A stretch of 64,000 bases of DNA from an uncultured Candidatus Saccharibacteria bacterium (GTDB taxonomy: Bacteria > Patescibacteriota > Dojkabacteria > SC72): positions 4,192 through 68,191 of the forward strand of contig CAZIYI010000002.1 in the NCBI GenBank assembly GCA_964543485.1, written 5' to 3'. Below the pieces are notes generated by a model. It made no database searches. It was given only the letters and a program-made list of their open reading frames with translations, and was not told the DNA's origin. Positions 49,340 through 58,663 of the stretch are shown here, piece by piece (within the stretch, counting starts at the first letter, position 1; each line of letters opens with the position of its first letter). The position numbers were made by a program, and so were the translations under genes.

Positions 49340-49389
49340 TTTGTACTAAAGTATATTTTTTAAATTAAAAAAAATCAACCTTTTATCTC

Positions 49390-49426
49390 TTGACAAAAAT
49401 TAGCACTCGGTGGTATCCTTTGCTAA
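49390..49426 (+). promoter_or_regulatory. Sigma70 promoter overlapped by a degenerate CIRCE (HrcA operator)
   Basis: TTGACA at 49390; TTAGCACTC-N9-CTTTGCTAA at 49400-49426; TGnTATCCT extended -10; upstream of hsp20. Confidence 0.75.
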
Positions 49427-49460
49427 CCATATATATTTAAATTTTAATATTTAAAATACT

Positions 49461-49904
49461 ATGAAAATTGTAAAAATAAATCAAAAACCACAGGATACAA
49501 TATACACTCCTGTAAGATCTTTAATGGATGATTTCTTTGATTATCCACTTTCAAGATTTAATGATGTCTTCTACAGAGATTTTGAAAATCTCTCCGCAAA
49601 CGTATGGGAAGAAGATAATAAGATCTTTGTTCAAATGGCAATGCCTGGAATTAAAAAAGAAGATATTAAGATATCTGTTACAGGAGATAGTATAAATATT
49701 GAGGGTAAAACAGCCCAAGAGAAAGAAGAAAAAGAGAAGAGATATTTCTTAAAAACACTTCAATCATACTCCTACTCCCAAAGCTTCAATCTACCATCAA
49801 TTGTAGACCCTGATAATGTGGAAGCATCTTTTGAAAACGGCATACTAACCGTTAAACTTCCCAAAGCAAAAGAATCTCAAACAAAAGAAATTGTCATTAA
49901 ATAG
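49461..49904 (+). CDS. Hsp20/alpha-crystallin small heat-shock protein
   Basis: MPGIKKEDIKI, SFNLP, ASFENGILTVKLPK, IxI C-terminus. Confidence 0.95.
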   Translation: MKIVKINQKPQDTIYTPVRSLMDDFFDYPLSRFNDVFYRDFENLSANVWEEDNKIFVQMAMPGIKKEDIKISVTGDSINIEGKTAQEKEEKEKRYFLKTLQSYSYSQSFNLPSIVDPDNVEASFENGILTVKLPKAKESQTKEIVIK

Positions 49905-49912
49905 CTACAGAA

Positions 49913-50107
49913 GGTCTGTCCCGGGTCTGACCCCGGGACAACCTACTTCCACCTCAACACAGCTTCTTTACATAAACACATTCGATCTTCCCCTCCTTTT
50001 TGAAAAAGGTATTTTCGTGTTTCGAACAAACGCCAAACAGACAGATGGGTTTCAAGGAACCCCCTAGGTATCGGACACAACCAAGGGTCAGAGGAGGGTC
50101 TGACCCC
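49913..50107. repeat. GC-rich island bracketed by GGGTCTGACCCC REP-like hairpins
   Basis: GGGTCTGACCCC at 49923-49934 and 50096-50107; hairpins TGTCCCGGG/CCCGGGACA and GGGTCAGA/TCTGACCC. Confidence 0.65.
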
Positions 50108-50123
50108 CTTTTCTTTCTGTATG

Positions 50124-50152
50124 TAGACACTCCCGTTTTGTTCTGATATAAT
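50124..50152 (+). promoter_or_regulatory. rpmE promoter
   Basis: TAGACA-N17-TATAAT with TGn extension; ATG 10 nt downstream. Confidence 0.7.
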
Positions 50153-50162
50153 TCTAGCCGTT

Positions 50163-50498
50163 ATGAAAAAAGATTTACATCCAAAATATAATAGCGGTTT
50201 GAAGGTAATTTGCTCTTGTGGCAACACTTTCGTAACTGGTTCAACTTTAGATACAGATGTCTTAAATGTTGAACTTTGTTCTAAATGTCACCCTTTCTAT
50301 ACTGGTGAACAAAAGATTGTAGATACAGAAAATGTGGTTAAACGATTTGAAGAAAGAGCTCAGAAGAGTTCTAAAATGTCTTTTAGAACAAAAAGAGAGA
50401 AAATGGCTGAAAGAAAAGCAAAAAAATCAGACCCTGTAAAATCTTCAGCATCCCTTACTTTAAAAGATATGCTTGCTAACGCAAATATATCTAAGTAA
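50163..50498 (+). CDS. rpmE: 50S ribosomal protein L31 (zinc-binding type, C-terminal extension)
   Basis: MKKDLHPKY, CSCGN, CSKCHPFYTG. Confidence 0.96.
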   Translation: MKKDLHPKYNSGLKVICSCGNTFVTGSTLDTDVLNVELCSKCHPFYTGEQKIVDTENVVKRFEERAQKSSKMSFRTKREKMAERKAKKSDPVKSSASLTLKDMLANANISK

Positions 50499-50537
50499 CA
50501 CTACTCCTACATCAATTTTATGATATCATCCATATAT

Positions 50538-51629
50538 ATGGACATTGAAATATTAAAAAACAAATACAATTTCCAAGAGATTAAAGAGAAAAAAGATAAT
50601 CTAGAGAAAAGACTTGAGACAGCACACCAAACTAATGAGAATATGTCAGAGTTAAGCTCGGACCTGTCCTACTACTCTCAACTGTATACATATGTTGATG
50701 AACTTAACAAAAATATTAGTAAATACGAACAAGCTAAACAGATATTAAAGGAAGGTGATGACACAGATTTAAAAGAGTTGGCAAACCTTGAGATTGAAGA
50801 GGTCCAAAACAGTATCACTAGAATCGATTCAGACATTAGAAAATTACAGATAGAAAGAGAATTCCAGGATCAAGATGACAACAGGTCGGTAATATTAGAG
50901 ATTCGAGCAGGTGCAGGTGGTGAAGAAGCTGCTCTTTTTGCATCTGACCTTTTCCATATGTATAAAAACTTTTCAGTTAAAAATGGCTGGGATGTTCAAA
51001 TAATTGACAGTAATGTTGCAGAGGCAGGAGGATACAAAGAGGTAATAGCTCAGATTAATGGTAAAAATGTATACAAAAACTTAAAGTATGAAAGTGGTGT
51101 TCATAGAGTACAAAGAGTCCCTTCTACAGAATCATCTGGAAGAATTCACACATCTACAGCGTCTGTAGCAATTATGCCAGAAGCCCATGATATAGATATT
51201 GAGATAAAGCCAGAAGACTTAAGAATTGACGTTATGAGGGCCTCTGGTGCTGGTGGACAGTGTGTTAACAGAACAGACTCTGCAGTAAGAATAACTCACC
51301 TACCAACTGGTATTGTTGTAAGTTGCCAAGAAACTAAACATCAAGCACAAAACAAAGAAAAGGCAATGGCAAATCTTAGATCGCGGCTCTACGAAAAAAA
51401 GAAAAGTGAAGAGGATGAAAAAAGATCTAGTAAAAGAGCTTCTCAAATTGGAAACGCTATGAGGGCAGAAAAGATAAGGACATATAACTTCCCACAAAAC
51501 AGAATCACAGATCACAGAGTAAAAATGTCTTGGCATAATATAGAGGCAGTCTTACTTGGAGATTTAGAACAGCTTATCCAAGACGTTAGAGAGGGTATTC
51601 AGCTCGAGATGTTAAACAATGGAAAGTAA
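50538..51629 (+). CDS. prfA: Peptide chain release factor 1
   Basis: EIRAGAGGEEA, VQRVPSTE (PxT), GAGGQ, IRTYNFPQNRITDHR. Confidence 0.96.
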   Translation: MDIEILKNKYNFQEIKEKKDNLEKRLETAHQTNENMSELSSDLSYYSQLYTYVDELNKNISKYEQAKQILKEGDDTDLKELANLEIEEVQNSITRIDSDIRKLQIEREFQDQDDNRSVILEIRAGAGGEEAALFASDLFHMYKNFSVKNGWDVQIIDSNVAEAGGYKEVIAQINGKNVYKNLKYESGVHRVQRVPSTESSGRIHTSTASVAIMPEAHDIDIEIKPEDLRIDVMRASGAGGQCVNRTDSAVRITHLPTGIVVSCQETKHQAQNKEKAMANLRSRLYEKKKSEEDEKRSSKRASQIGNAMRAEKIRTYNFPQNRITDHRVKMSWHNIEAVLLGDLEQLIQDVREGIQLEMLNNGK

Positions 51630-52425
51630 TTTGCAAGAACTTTTCAAAATCCAAAAACTCCTAGAAGAAATTAACTACCCTGATGCATATAGAGTAGCAA
51701 GAGAGATTCAAACATACCTTCTATCAAACAAACACATTTCAAAAGAAAACCTTTTCCAAGAACTTAAAAATGGTAAACCTTGGGAATATATAAGGGGAGA
51801 TACACAATTTTGTAATCTTACTTTTAAAATAGATAGTAAAACACTAATTCCTAGAGTTGAAACAGAACAGCTAGTATATGACTGTAAAGATTTAATTGAG
51901 AAAGAAAATATTAAAAACATTGTCGATGTTGGAACAGGTAGTGGTTGTATAAGCATTTCACTTAGCAATTTACTTCGAGCCCCCTACTCCTTTTATGCTA
52001 CAGACATATCCCAGAAAGCTTTGGATATTGCTAAATATAATGAGAAACAGATATTAAAACAAAATGGTATTAAATGGTTAAAAACAGATTTAATTAAAGA
52101 TATAGATAATCTCAATGAACCAACTATAATTATTGCCAATCTCCCATATATACCTACAGAAAAATATAAACAGTTGGATAAAAGTGTAATAGATTATGAA
52201 CCTAAATTGGCCTTAGATGGCGGAAAAGATGGGTTAAGACTATATGAAAAACTATTTAAACAGATTAAATCAAAAAGTCTAAATACAAAGATAATATATT
52301 TTGAAACAGAGGAAAGTATTTTTGAAGAAGGTATAAATCTAGTTAAAGAGTTCTTTCCTAAATCAAAAATAACAAAAATAAAAGACTGTTTTAATAGGAA
52401 TAGATTTGTCAAAATATCTTTTTAA
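51619..52425 (+). CDS. prmC: Release factor glutamine methyltransferase
   Basis: LIPRVETE, DVGTGSGCI, ANLPY, EPKLALDGG. Confidence 0.93.
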   Translation: MESNLQELFKIQKLLEEINYPDAYRVAREIQTYLLSNKHISKENLFQELKNGKPWEYIRGDTQFCNLTFKIDSKTLIPRVETEQLVYDCKDLIEKENIKNIVDVGTGSGCISISLSNLLRAPYSFYATDISQKALDIAKYNEKQILKQNGIKWLKTDLIKDIDNLNEPTIIIANLPYIPTEKYKQLDKSVIDYEPKLALDGGKDGLRLYEKLFKQIKSKSLNTKIIYFETEESIFEEGINLVKEFFPKSKITKIKDCFNRNRFVKISF

Positions 52426-52431
52426 TACAAC

Positions 52432-53589
52432 CTACTCTGCTTCTGTTAATGTAACCTTAACATTTCTTGTCTCACCATCCTTCCAAATCTCAAGCTCTAT
52501 CTCTTGATCTACTTTGAATGATTGTACAATGTATGAGAAAGCTTGCTCTACTGATTCACCATTTACCTTTGTAATAATTTCACCTCTTTTTATCTCTGCC
52601 TTTGCTGCAGGACCATCAGGATCTACACTCATAACTAAAGCTCCTGCTACGACGTTTTCATAAAACATTGCCTGATACTCAGAAATCATTTGATATGATA
52701 TTCCAATATACGGTTTTATAAATTTCCCATAGGTTCTATACTCTGTTAATCTCTGTTTTACGATATTGATTGGCAAAGCGAAAGAAATATTATCTGCGTT
52801 AGCTGTTGTTGCAAAATTAATACCTATTACCTTTCCTTCAGAATTTATTAATGGTCCACCAGAGTTACCTGAATTAACAGCGGCATCTGTTTGTATTACA
52901 TTCTCGTAAGTTTTAGTCGTTGCACCAAACCACCCAGATGATGTAGTAACTGACCTATTTAACCCACTAACCACCCCAGTTGTTACACTACCTGCATACT
53001 CCCCTAACGGAGTTCCTATTGCTATAACAGTTTGACCTACAACAAGATTATCTGAATTTCCTAGTTCCAAAGAATCTAGGGATGTAGCATCTATTTTAAG
53101 CAAAGCAATATCATTACTATCATCTCTTAATATCTCAACTACCTCGTGCTCATTCCCATCACTAGTAATCACTTTGTATGCAGCAGATACGTCGGATACT
53201 ACATGTTGATTAGTGATTATTACACCGTTAGCATCAACGATAAAGCCAGTACCAATATTGCTTACCTCATCAACCAAGCCCTCTCCACTTTTTAACATAA
53301 CTTGACTAACTGCTACACTTACAACAGAAGGTGAGGAATTTTTAACAACGTTAATAATTACGTTCTCTTCCTCCGTTACAACAATATTAACATCTTCGTT
53401 ATCATTGTTATCTTTCTCTTCGATATTAAACACCCCTTTAAAGAGTTCTCCTTTTTCAGAAAGTACTACAAGCCCAAGCAATCCCCCTATTATCAAAGAT
53501 ATTACTAACAAGGTAATACCAAAAACTTTTAGATGTTTGTAGTTATCAAAATTAAGTTTAGGTATTTTTTTCTCTTTACTCTCTTCCAT
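52432..53589 (-). CDS. htrA: HtrA/DegP serine protease with PDZ domain
   Basis: TNQHVV, DIALLK, QTDAAVNSGNSGGPL. Confidence 0.95.
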   Translation of the reverse strand: MEESKEKKIPKLNFDNYKHLKVFGITLLVISLIIGGLLGLVVLSEKGELFKGVFNIEEKDNNDNEDVNIVVTEEENVIINVVKNSSPSVVSVAVSQVMLKSGEGLVDEVSNIGTGFIVDANGVIITNQHVVSDVSAAYKVITSDGNEHEVVEILRDDSNDIALLKIDATSLDSLELGNSDNLVVGQTVIAIGTPLGEYAGSVTTGVVSGLNRSVTTSSGWFGATTKTYENVIQTDAAVNSGNSGGPLINSEGKVIGINFATTANADNISFALPINIVKQRLTEYRTYGKFIKPYIGISYQMISEYQAMFYENVVAGALVMSVDPDGPAAKAEIKRGEIITKVNGESVEQAFSYIVQSFKVDQEIELEIWKDGETRNVKVTLTEAE

Positions 53590-53611
53590 ATTTAATACCT
53601 TTAAAATTTAA

Positions 53612-54832
53612 TTATTTATTAATTTGAACTAACGCTTCATTATACTGCTTATCTACACCATCTATAAAGTCTTGGGACGTATTTTCTACTACGACATCTG
53701 GAGTTATAGAGTTATCAGTAGTCAACCATGTTCCATCAGGCAGTAACCATTTCAGGATAGTAACGTGTATACTTGAACCACCACTTAGATCAATTACTGT
53801 TTGTGCTGTACCTTTACCGTAAGTTTTAGTTCCCACTATCTTCGCGACACCGTTTTGTTGTAAAGCACCGGCAAATATTTCAGACGCAGAAGCACTACCT
53901 TCGTCTACTAAAATTACTACTTTTTTACCAAGCAATCTTCCCCCTTTTTCAGAATCAAAGGTTTGAATATTCCCCTTTCCATCTTCCTGTTGTGAAATTA
54001 TTTCCCCTATATCAATAAAATCATCTGCAGCATATACTCCAGCATCAAAGTAGCCACCTGGATTCCCTCTAAGATCTATAATAATCTTCTCAACATCATT
54101 TTCTATAATATCTTGAGTAATTGCATCCCATTTACCCTTCCATTCACCCAAAGAGGCCTCTGTAAATCTCGCGATATCTATTAAAGCAATATCTTTGTTA
54201 TCTCCAATATACGACAAGCTCATACTTGGAACTGTAATCTGTCCTCTCGTAATTTCTAATTCAATTGGTTCTAAATCTCCCCTATGTAATATTTGCAACT
54301 TAACTTTTGTTCCTGCTTCTCCTCTAATTTTCTGAACTATTTCGTATACATTATCTCCACTTTTTATTTGATAATCATCCACGGCTAAGATATAGTCTCC
54401 TGGCCTAATACCTGCTTCTTTAGCAGGAGAGCCATCAATTGGAGATACTATTATTATCGCACCATCTTTATATCCTAACTCTGCACCAATTCCTTCAAAA
54501 TACTTCCCACTATTTGACATATTAAAATCCTCTGTTTCTTTAGGATCCAGAAATACAGTTGCCTGATCTCCGTAAGAATCAACCAAGCCCTTAATAGCAC
54601 CATACATTTTGTTCTCTTCGGATACTTTATCCTTCTCAACATACTCACTATCTAAAATGTCCCAAACCTGCCAAAAGAGATTTATATCTACTTTGTTTTT
54701 TGAACTCCCAATGGACAACAGGGTATCTGCAGAAGGAACTATACTCCTTCCAAATATAACTCCAATACAGAAAGCAACTACAACAATTACTAAAACTGCA
54801 AATATTCTACTTCCATTATTTTCTTTGTCCAT
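53612..54832 (-). CDS. ctpA: S41 carboxyl-terminal processing protease
   Basis: GIGAE, PDZ domain, DLRGNPGG, SASASEI, TYGKG. Confidence 0.95.
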   Translation of the reverse strand: MDKENNGSRIFAVLVIVVVAFCIGVIFGRSIVPSADTLLSIGSSKNKVDINLFWQVWDILDSEYVEKDKVSEENKMYGAIKGLVDSYGDQATVFLDPKETEDFNMSNSGKYFEGIGAELGYKDGAIIIVSPIDGSPAKEAGIRPGDYILAVDDYQIKSGDNVYEIVQKIRGEAGTKVKLQILHRGDLEPIELEITRGQITVPSMSLSYIGDNKDIALIDIARFTEASLGEWKGKWDAITQDIIENDVEKIIIDLRGNPGGYFDAGVYAADDFIDIGEIISQQEDGKGNIQTFDSEKGGRLLGKKVVILVDEGSASASEIFAGALQQNGVAKIVGTKTYGKGTAQTVIDLSGGSSIHVTILKWLLPDGTWLTTDNSITPDVVVENTSQDFIDGVDKQYNEALVQINK

Positions 54833-54883
54833 ATTCAAGAAATTTAAAATTAGACCTTCATTATATTCTTAATTTTCTAATAA

Positions 54884-55891
54884 TTACAAATCAATAAAAT
54901 CCAAAAGCCCGATATTCATTAGTAGCTTACCCTTATTCCCGAAATCAACAAATGCATTGTTACTCTCATTATCAAAATCTATAACCTTACCAATATACCC
55001 ATAAGTTGAAATTGATCTAGATATCACCAACTGGTTAGTATATAAATTAACAAACCACTTATTATTCTGTATATCCGATTCTGAGAGTATAAATAACTGA
55101 TTTTCAACACTATCAAACATTACAAATTTACCTTTAAATTTAAGAAGTTTATCTAAGAACATATTGTCACAGTGAACAGAACCAAATCCACCAAGAATCA
55201 TTATTGGTAACCCAATCTCTCTAAATTCTGAATAGGACATAGCGTAGGTAATCACTGCAACTGCACCCCTTTCAAACAGCTCTATAGCGACCCTATTGTA
55301 AAGATATGGACCAACCCATACAATCTTCCCACTATAATCATCATCCAAACTACTCTCTTTCAATATTGTTTTCCCATCTCCTAATATCTCCAATTTCCCA
55401 AAGAACTTCTCATCTGATTTCGTTGTTACAACCCCATCTACACAAACAGCATCAGTCACAACAACTAACCCATCTACAGGATTGATTGTATCAACAAAAC
55501 CACTAAAATCACTTTCAACAATAGAAGTACTCTCTTCCCCTAATATATCAACATAGCCCATTTTAACCCTTGTTAAATCTAATATCCCATTTGTGGGAGC
55601 AACTAATTCGGTTACGCTTAATTTCCCAGAAGATGTTTTTTGGGCTATTATTTCACCCTCTTCTAAATACTCACCATCTACTCTCACAACATACTTTTCA
55701 CACTCCTCATTCTTACAATTTAAAATCTTTGTTACACTCAAAGATTTTTTCAAAGGGGTATCAACTCTTTCAAAAAGAGTATCTCCTATATTTACCTTCC
55801 CCTCCCCTATTATTATCCTATCAGAATTTTTTAAGGGTATTTTAAATTTGTAATTAGGATATCTTTCAAATATCCTGTTCCTTATCTCCAT
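54884..55891 (-). CDS. Hypothetical protein with barrel-sandwich-like repeats, partner of the GlmL-like gene
   Basis: Likely start ATG 55891 overlapping the upstream stop; DGEYLEEGEIIA, APTNG. Confidence 0.6.
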   Translation of the reverse strand: MEIRNRIFERYPNYKFKIPLKNSDRIIIGEGKVNIGDTLFERVDTPLKKSLSVTKILNCKNEECEKYVVRVDGEYLEEGEIIAQKTSSGKLSVTELVAPTNGILDLTRVKMGYVDILGEESTSIVESDFSGFVDTINPVDGLVVVTDAVCVDGVVTTKSDEKFFGKLEILGDGKTILKESSLDDDYSGKIVWVGPYLYNRVAIELFERGAVAVITYAMSYSEFREIGLPIMILGGFGSVHCDNMFLDKLLKFKGKFVMFDSVENQLFILSESDIQNNKWFVNLYTNQLVISRSISTYGYIGKVIDFDNESNNAFVDFGNKGKLLMNIGLLDFIDL

Positions 55892-57248
55892 CTCCCCATA
55901 CTTTAAACTTAATTCTATTATTTTGTGCAGAGGGACCATATACAATTGGCCTGTGCCTTCCATCAATTACTAAGTACTCAAATGTCAAAGTATTTCTACT
56001 AGACATAAACTCTATTCTATTGGAAGTGAAATGAGAAAAAACTGCTCCATTCTTTAAATCTCCCTCGACTATAACCTTCTCGCCCATTTGAGGAATTTTA
56101 AGAATTTGTAAAACTGAACCTAAACCGTAAATATCTCTCTCCGCAACATTTTGGGATGATACTTTACCAGAAAATATAATTTTATTTTTACCTTGAGAAG
56201 AAACTTCGGGGATCAATATCTTGAATGCATTGGGTAGAACATCCCCTCTAAATACAACTATGTCTTCCGATTGCTCCTTTTCTATCATACTTTTACCAAA
56301 TGTTAGCATTTTGTTCTCATTGTCTATATACAAATCTATAACACCTTCTAATTCTAAACCATCAATTAGAGAAAAAAGTAGCTCTCTTTTCGTAAGTAGT
56401 TTGGGAATATTACCTGATACAAAAATAGCTGTATTTCTCCCAATCATATCACCCAACCTCTCCTTGTTTTGATGTTTAATGGAAAGCAATTGAAGTGTTG
56501 TAAAAGCCCTAAGTAAATCTCGTAACACTGGATCTAAAATGTATTCACAGTTATGAGCAATTAAATTCGCCCATTTATTAGATATATCCTCTGATGAAGA
56601 ATCCGAAGAGAGAAATGATTGAATCTTAGAACTTTTTATGAAATCAATCAGCCCTATTTCATTTCCCCAATCGATTTTAAAAGTAGAAAAACCGATTTCA
56701 TTGGAAGCAGCTTTTGAGAATATACTTGAGGATGTATGTATATTCTTTTTTCTGTATATTGAAAAATGAGAGATATCTAAATCTATCCAGATTACATCAT
56801 TGTAACCCAATCTATTTACAAGACCCTCTATTAACACCTCAAATTGCCTATTATCTAAAATCTTAAGAGCAATATCATTAGAGAATTCTTTTAAAGAAAT
56901 CAATATATTTTTAAAAAATGGCTGGTTATCATCTACAATGACTTTTATTCCAGATACTCCTATCTCTTCCTTTTCAAAATTCTTTATCTTAAAAATACCT
57001 TCATAAGTTCTATCAACAATATCCCAATCAAATATTTTTTCTAAAGAATCAAAATACTCATACCAGAAATCTTTCGAAAAGGACAAATCATCTAATCTAA
57101 ATTTTAAAGGTGACAAATCTGTAGAATCAGAAAGAATATATGTTTTTTGAGAAGTAATATCAGAATATGCTAAATTCGCATATATAAAATTATCTTTTAT
57201 TAATAAAGTAAGATACGCATTCTTGTTTAACATAGGCAGTTGATTCAT
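55866..57248 (-). CDS. Divergent GlmL/MutL (glutamate mutase L)-like protein
   Basis: LIDGLE, and C-terminal LVIDGRHRPI resembling the IIDARGRP signature of the family. Confidence 0.5.
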   Translation of the reverse strand: MNQLPMLNKNAYLTLLIKDNFIYANLAYSDITSQKTYILSDSTDLSPLKFRLDDLSFSKDFWYEYFDSLEKIFDWDIVDRTYEGIFKIKNFEKEEIGVSGIKVIVDDNQPFFKNILISLKEFSNDIALKILDNRQFEVLIEGLVNRLGYNDVIWIDLDISHFSIYRKKNIHTSSSIFSKAASNEIGFSTFKIDWGNEIGLIDFIKSSKIQSFLSSDSSSEDISNKWANLIAHNCEYILDPVLRDLLRAFTTLQLLSIKHQNKERLGDMIGRNTAIFVSGNIPKLLTKRELLFSLIDGLELEGVIDLYIDNENKMLTFGKSMIEKEQSEDIVVFRGDVLPNAFKILIPEVSSQGKNKIIFSGKVSSQNVAERDIYGLGSVLQILKIPQMGEKVIVEGDLKNGAVFSHFTSNRIEFMSSRNTLTFEYLVIDGRHRPIVYGPSAQNNRIKFKVWGDGDKEQDI

Positions 57249-57287
57249 CGTACTAATAGTTTACCAATTTAACAGTATTTTTCCAAC

Positions 57288-57314
57288 AAAAAAGGGAGAG
57301 TTACCCCTCCCCTT
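57288..57314 (-). terminator. Intrinsic terminator of rpsF-ssb-rpsR
   Basis: Minus strand AGGGGAGGG-GTAA-CTCTCCCTT then TTTT. Confidence 0.85.
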
Positions 57315-57337
57315 GTAAAAACATATTTAAAAAATCT

Positions 57338-57679
57338 TTATACCTCTCTTGAAATATATGGCAACAAAGCCATAAATCTTGCTCTCTTAATTGATTTTTT
57401 TAACTGCTTCTGGTGCTTATGACAAGCTCCAGATTTCTCAACAGATATTATCTTACCTCTTACAGATGTAAATTTCTTTAATTGATAAACATCTTTGTAA
57501 GAAACCTCCTTAATACCAGAATCACATAGAGGACACGAAAGGTTTTGAATTATCTTCCTTCTCCTTCTCTGTTTCTTTTTACCACCGTACTGCTCTGTAG
57601 ACTCTTCCTCTACAACGCTCTTCTCATCAAAGACATCATCTATAGTTGGTGCTATTTTTTTTGTTACTTCCTCTTCCAT
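57338..57679 (-). CDS. rpsR: 30S ribosomal protein S18 with N-terminal extension
   Basis: CPLC, YKDV..LKKF...RGKI, IKRARFMALLPY. Confidence 0.95.
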   Translation of the reverse strand: MEEEVTKKIAPTIDDVFDEKSVVEEESTEQYGGKKKQRRRRKIIQNLSCPLCDSGIKEVSYKDVYQLKKFTSVRGKIISVEKSGACHKHQKQLKKSIKRARFMALLPYISREV

Positions 57680-57700
57680 CAATTAATTACTTAATACAAA

Positions 57701-58177
57701 TTAAAATGGTAAATCAGAATCCTCTAATGGATCATCAGTTGCAACATCTTCCTCGACTGTTGCTGGAGTCTCAACCTCTTCCTCTGACTCCTGTGGCTTT
57801 TCATGATTTGAATCACCCTCAAAACCCGCACCCTGTTTACCCTTACTATCTAAAAGAATCATATCGTTTACTCTTACCTCTGTCTTGTATCTTGTAGCGC
57901 CATCATCTGCCTCCCAAGACCTAGTAGTAAGAGATCCCTCTATGTATACCTTCATTCCCTTCGCTAAAAGTTGCTGACATATCTCTGCCATTTTATTCCA
58001 TGCAACTATGTTATGGAATTCTGCAACCTCTTTTACATTACCATCTTGATCCTTCCAAGATTTATTAGTTGCCATTCCAAATGTTACAACTGGAGTTCCT
58101 CCTGTTGTATACCTTATCTCTGGTTCTCTTGTTAGATTACCTATCAACTGAACCTTATTTAAAGACCTTGCTGACAT
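57701..58177 (-). CDS. ssb: Single-stranded DNA-binding protein
   Basis: LNKVQLIGNLTREPE; C-terminal DLPF. Confidence 0.97.
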   Translation of the reverse strand: MSARSLNKVQLIGNLTREPEIRYTTGGTPVVTFGMATNKSWKDQDGNVKEVAEFHNIVAWNKMAEICQQLLAKGMKVYIEGSLTTRSWEADDGATRYKTEVRVNDMILLDSKGKQGAGFEGDSNHEKPQESEEEVETPATVEEDVATDDPLEDSDLPF

Positions 58178-58241
58178 TTTTTGTATATATATAAATTTAA
58201 CTTACCTTAATCTTAACACCCAAATATTACAAAATATTGAA

Positions 58242-58595
58242 CTAAACCTCTATCTCTTTCTTCTTAATACCCTTACCAATTTTATCTGTATTATCAACCT
58301 GAATTATCATAAATCTTAGTAACTCTTGCCTTAATTGTAATAATCTTTTCATCTCATTAATATTACCTGGAACATTTCTGAAGTTGTAAACAATGTAATA
58401 CCCCTCATTATGACCCTGTATCTTGTATGCAAGATATCTTTTACCCCATACATCCACATCTAAAACCTCTCCACCATCCTTACTCATCATAGCCATAAAC
58501 TCTTTATGTACACTCTTTCTTAAATCATCAGGTAAGAGTGGTTTAAGAGCAATCATTAATTCATATGTTTTCATTTCCTTTTTAGCAACAGCCAT
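58242..58595 (-). CDS. rpsF: 30S ribosomal protein S6
   Basis: YELM, WGKRYLAYKI, EGYY. Confidence 0.96.
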   Translation of the reverse strand: MAVAKKEMKTYELMIALKPLLPDDLRKSVHKEFMAMMSKDGGEVLDVDVWGKRYLAYKIQGHNEGYYIVYNFRNVPGNINEMKRLLQLRQELLRFMIIQVDNTDKIGKGIKKKEIEV

Positions 58596-58663
58596 TTATC
58601 TTTTAAATATATTTTAACTAAGCAGAAGGATTTTAGCAGAAAAAAAGAGATATTACAATTGTA

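Noticed and set aside
49943-50227. 94-aa minus-strand ORF
   Set aside because: It overlaps rpmE and its promoter antisense and runs through the REP-like hairpins; likely non-coding.
56591-56610. Other CTGATGA occurrences (also near 4290 and 21017)
   Set aside because: They lie inside coding sequence without the stems or a correctly placed GAAA.
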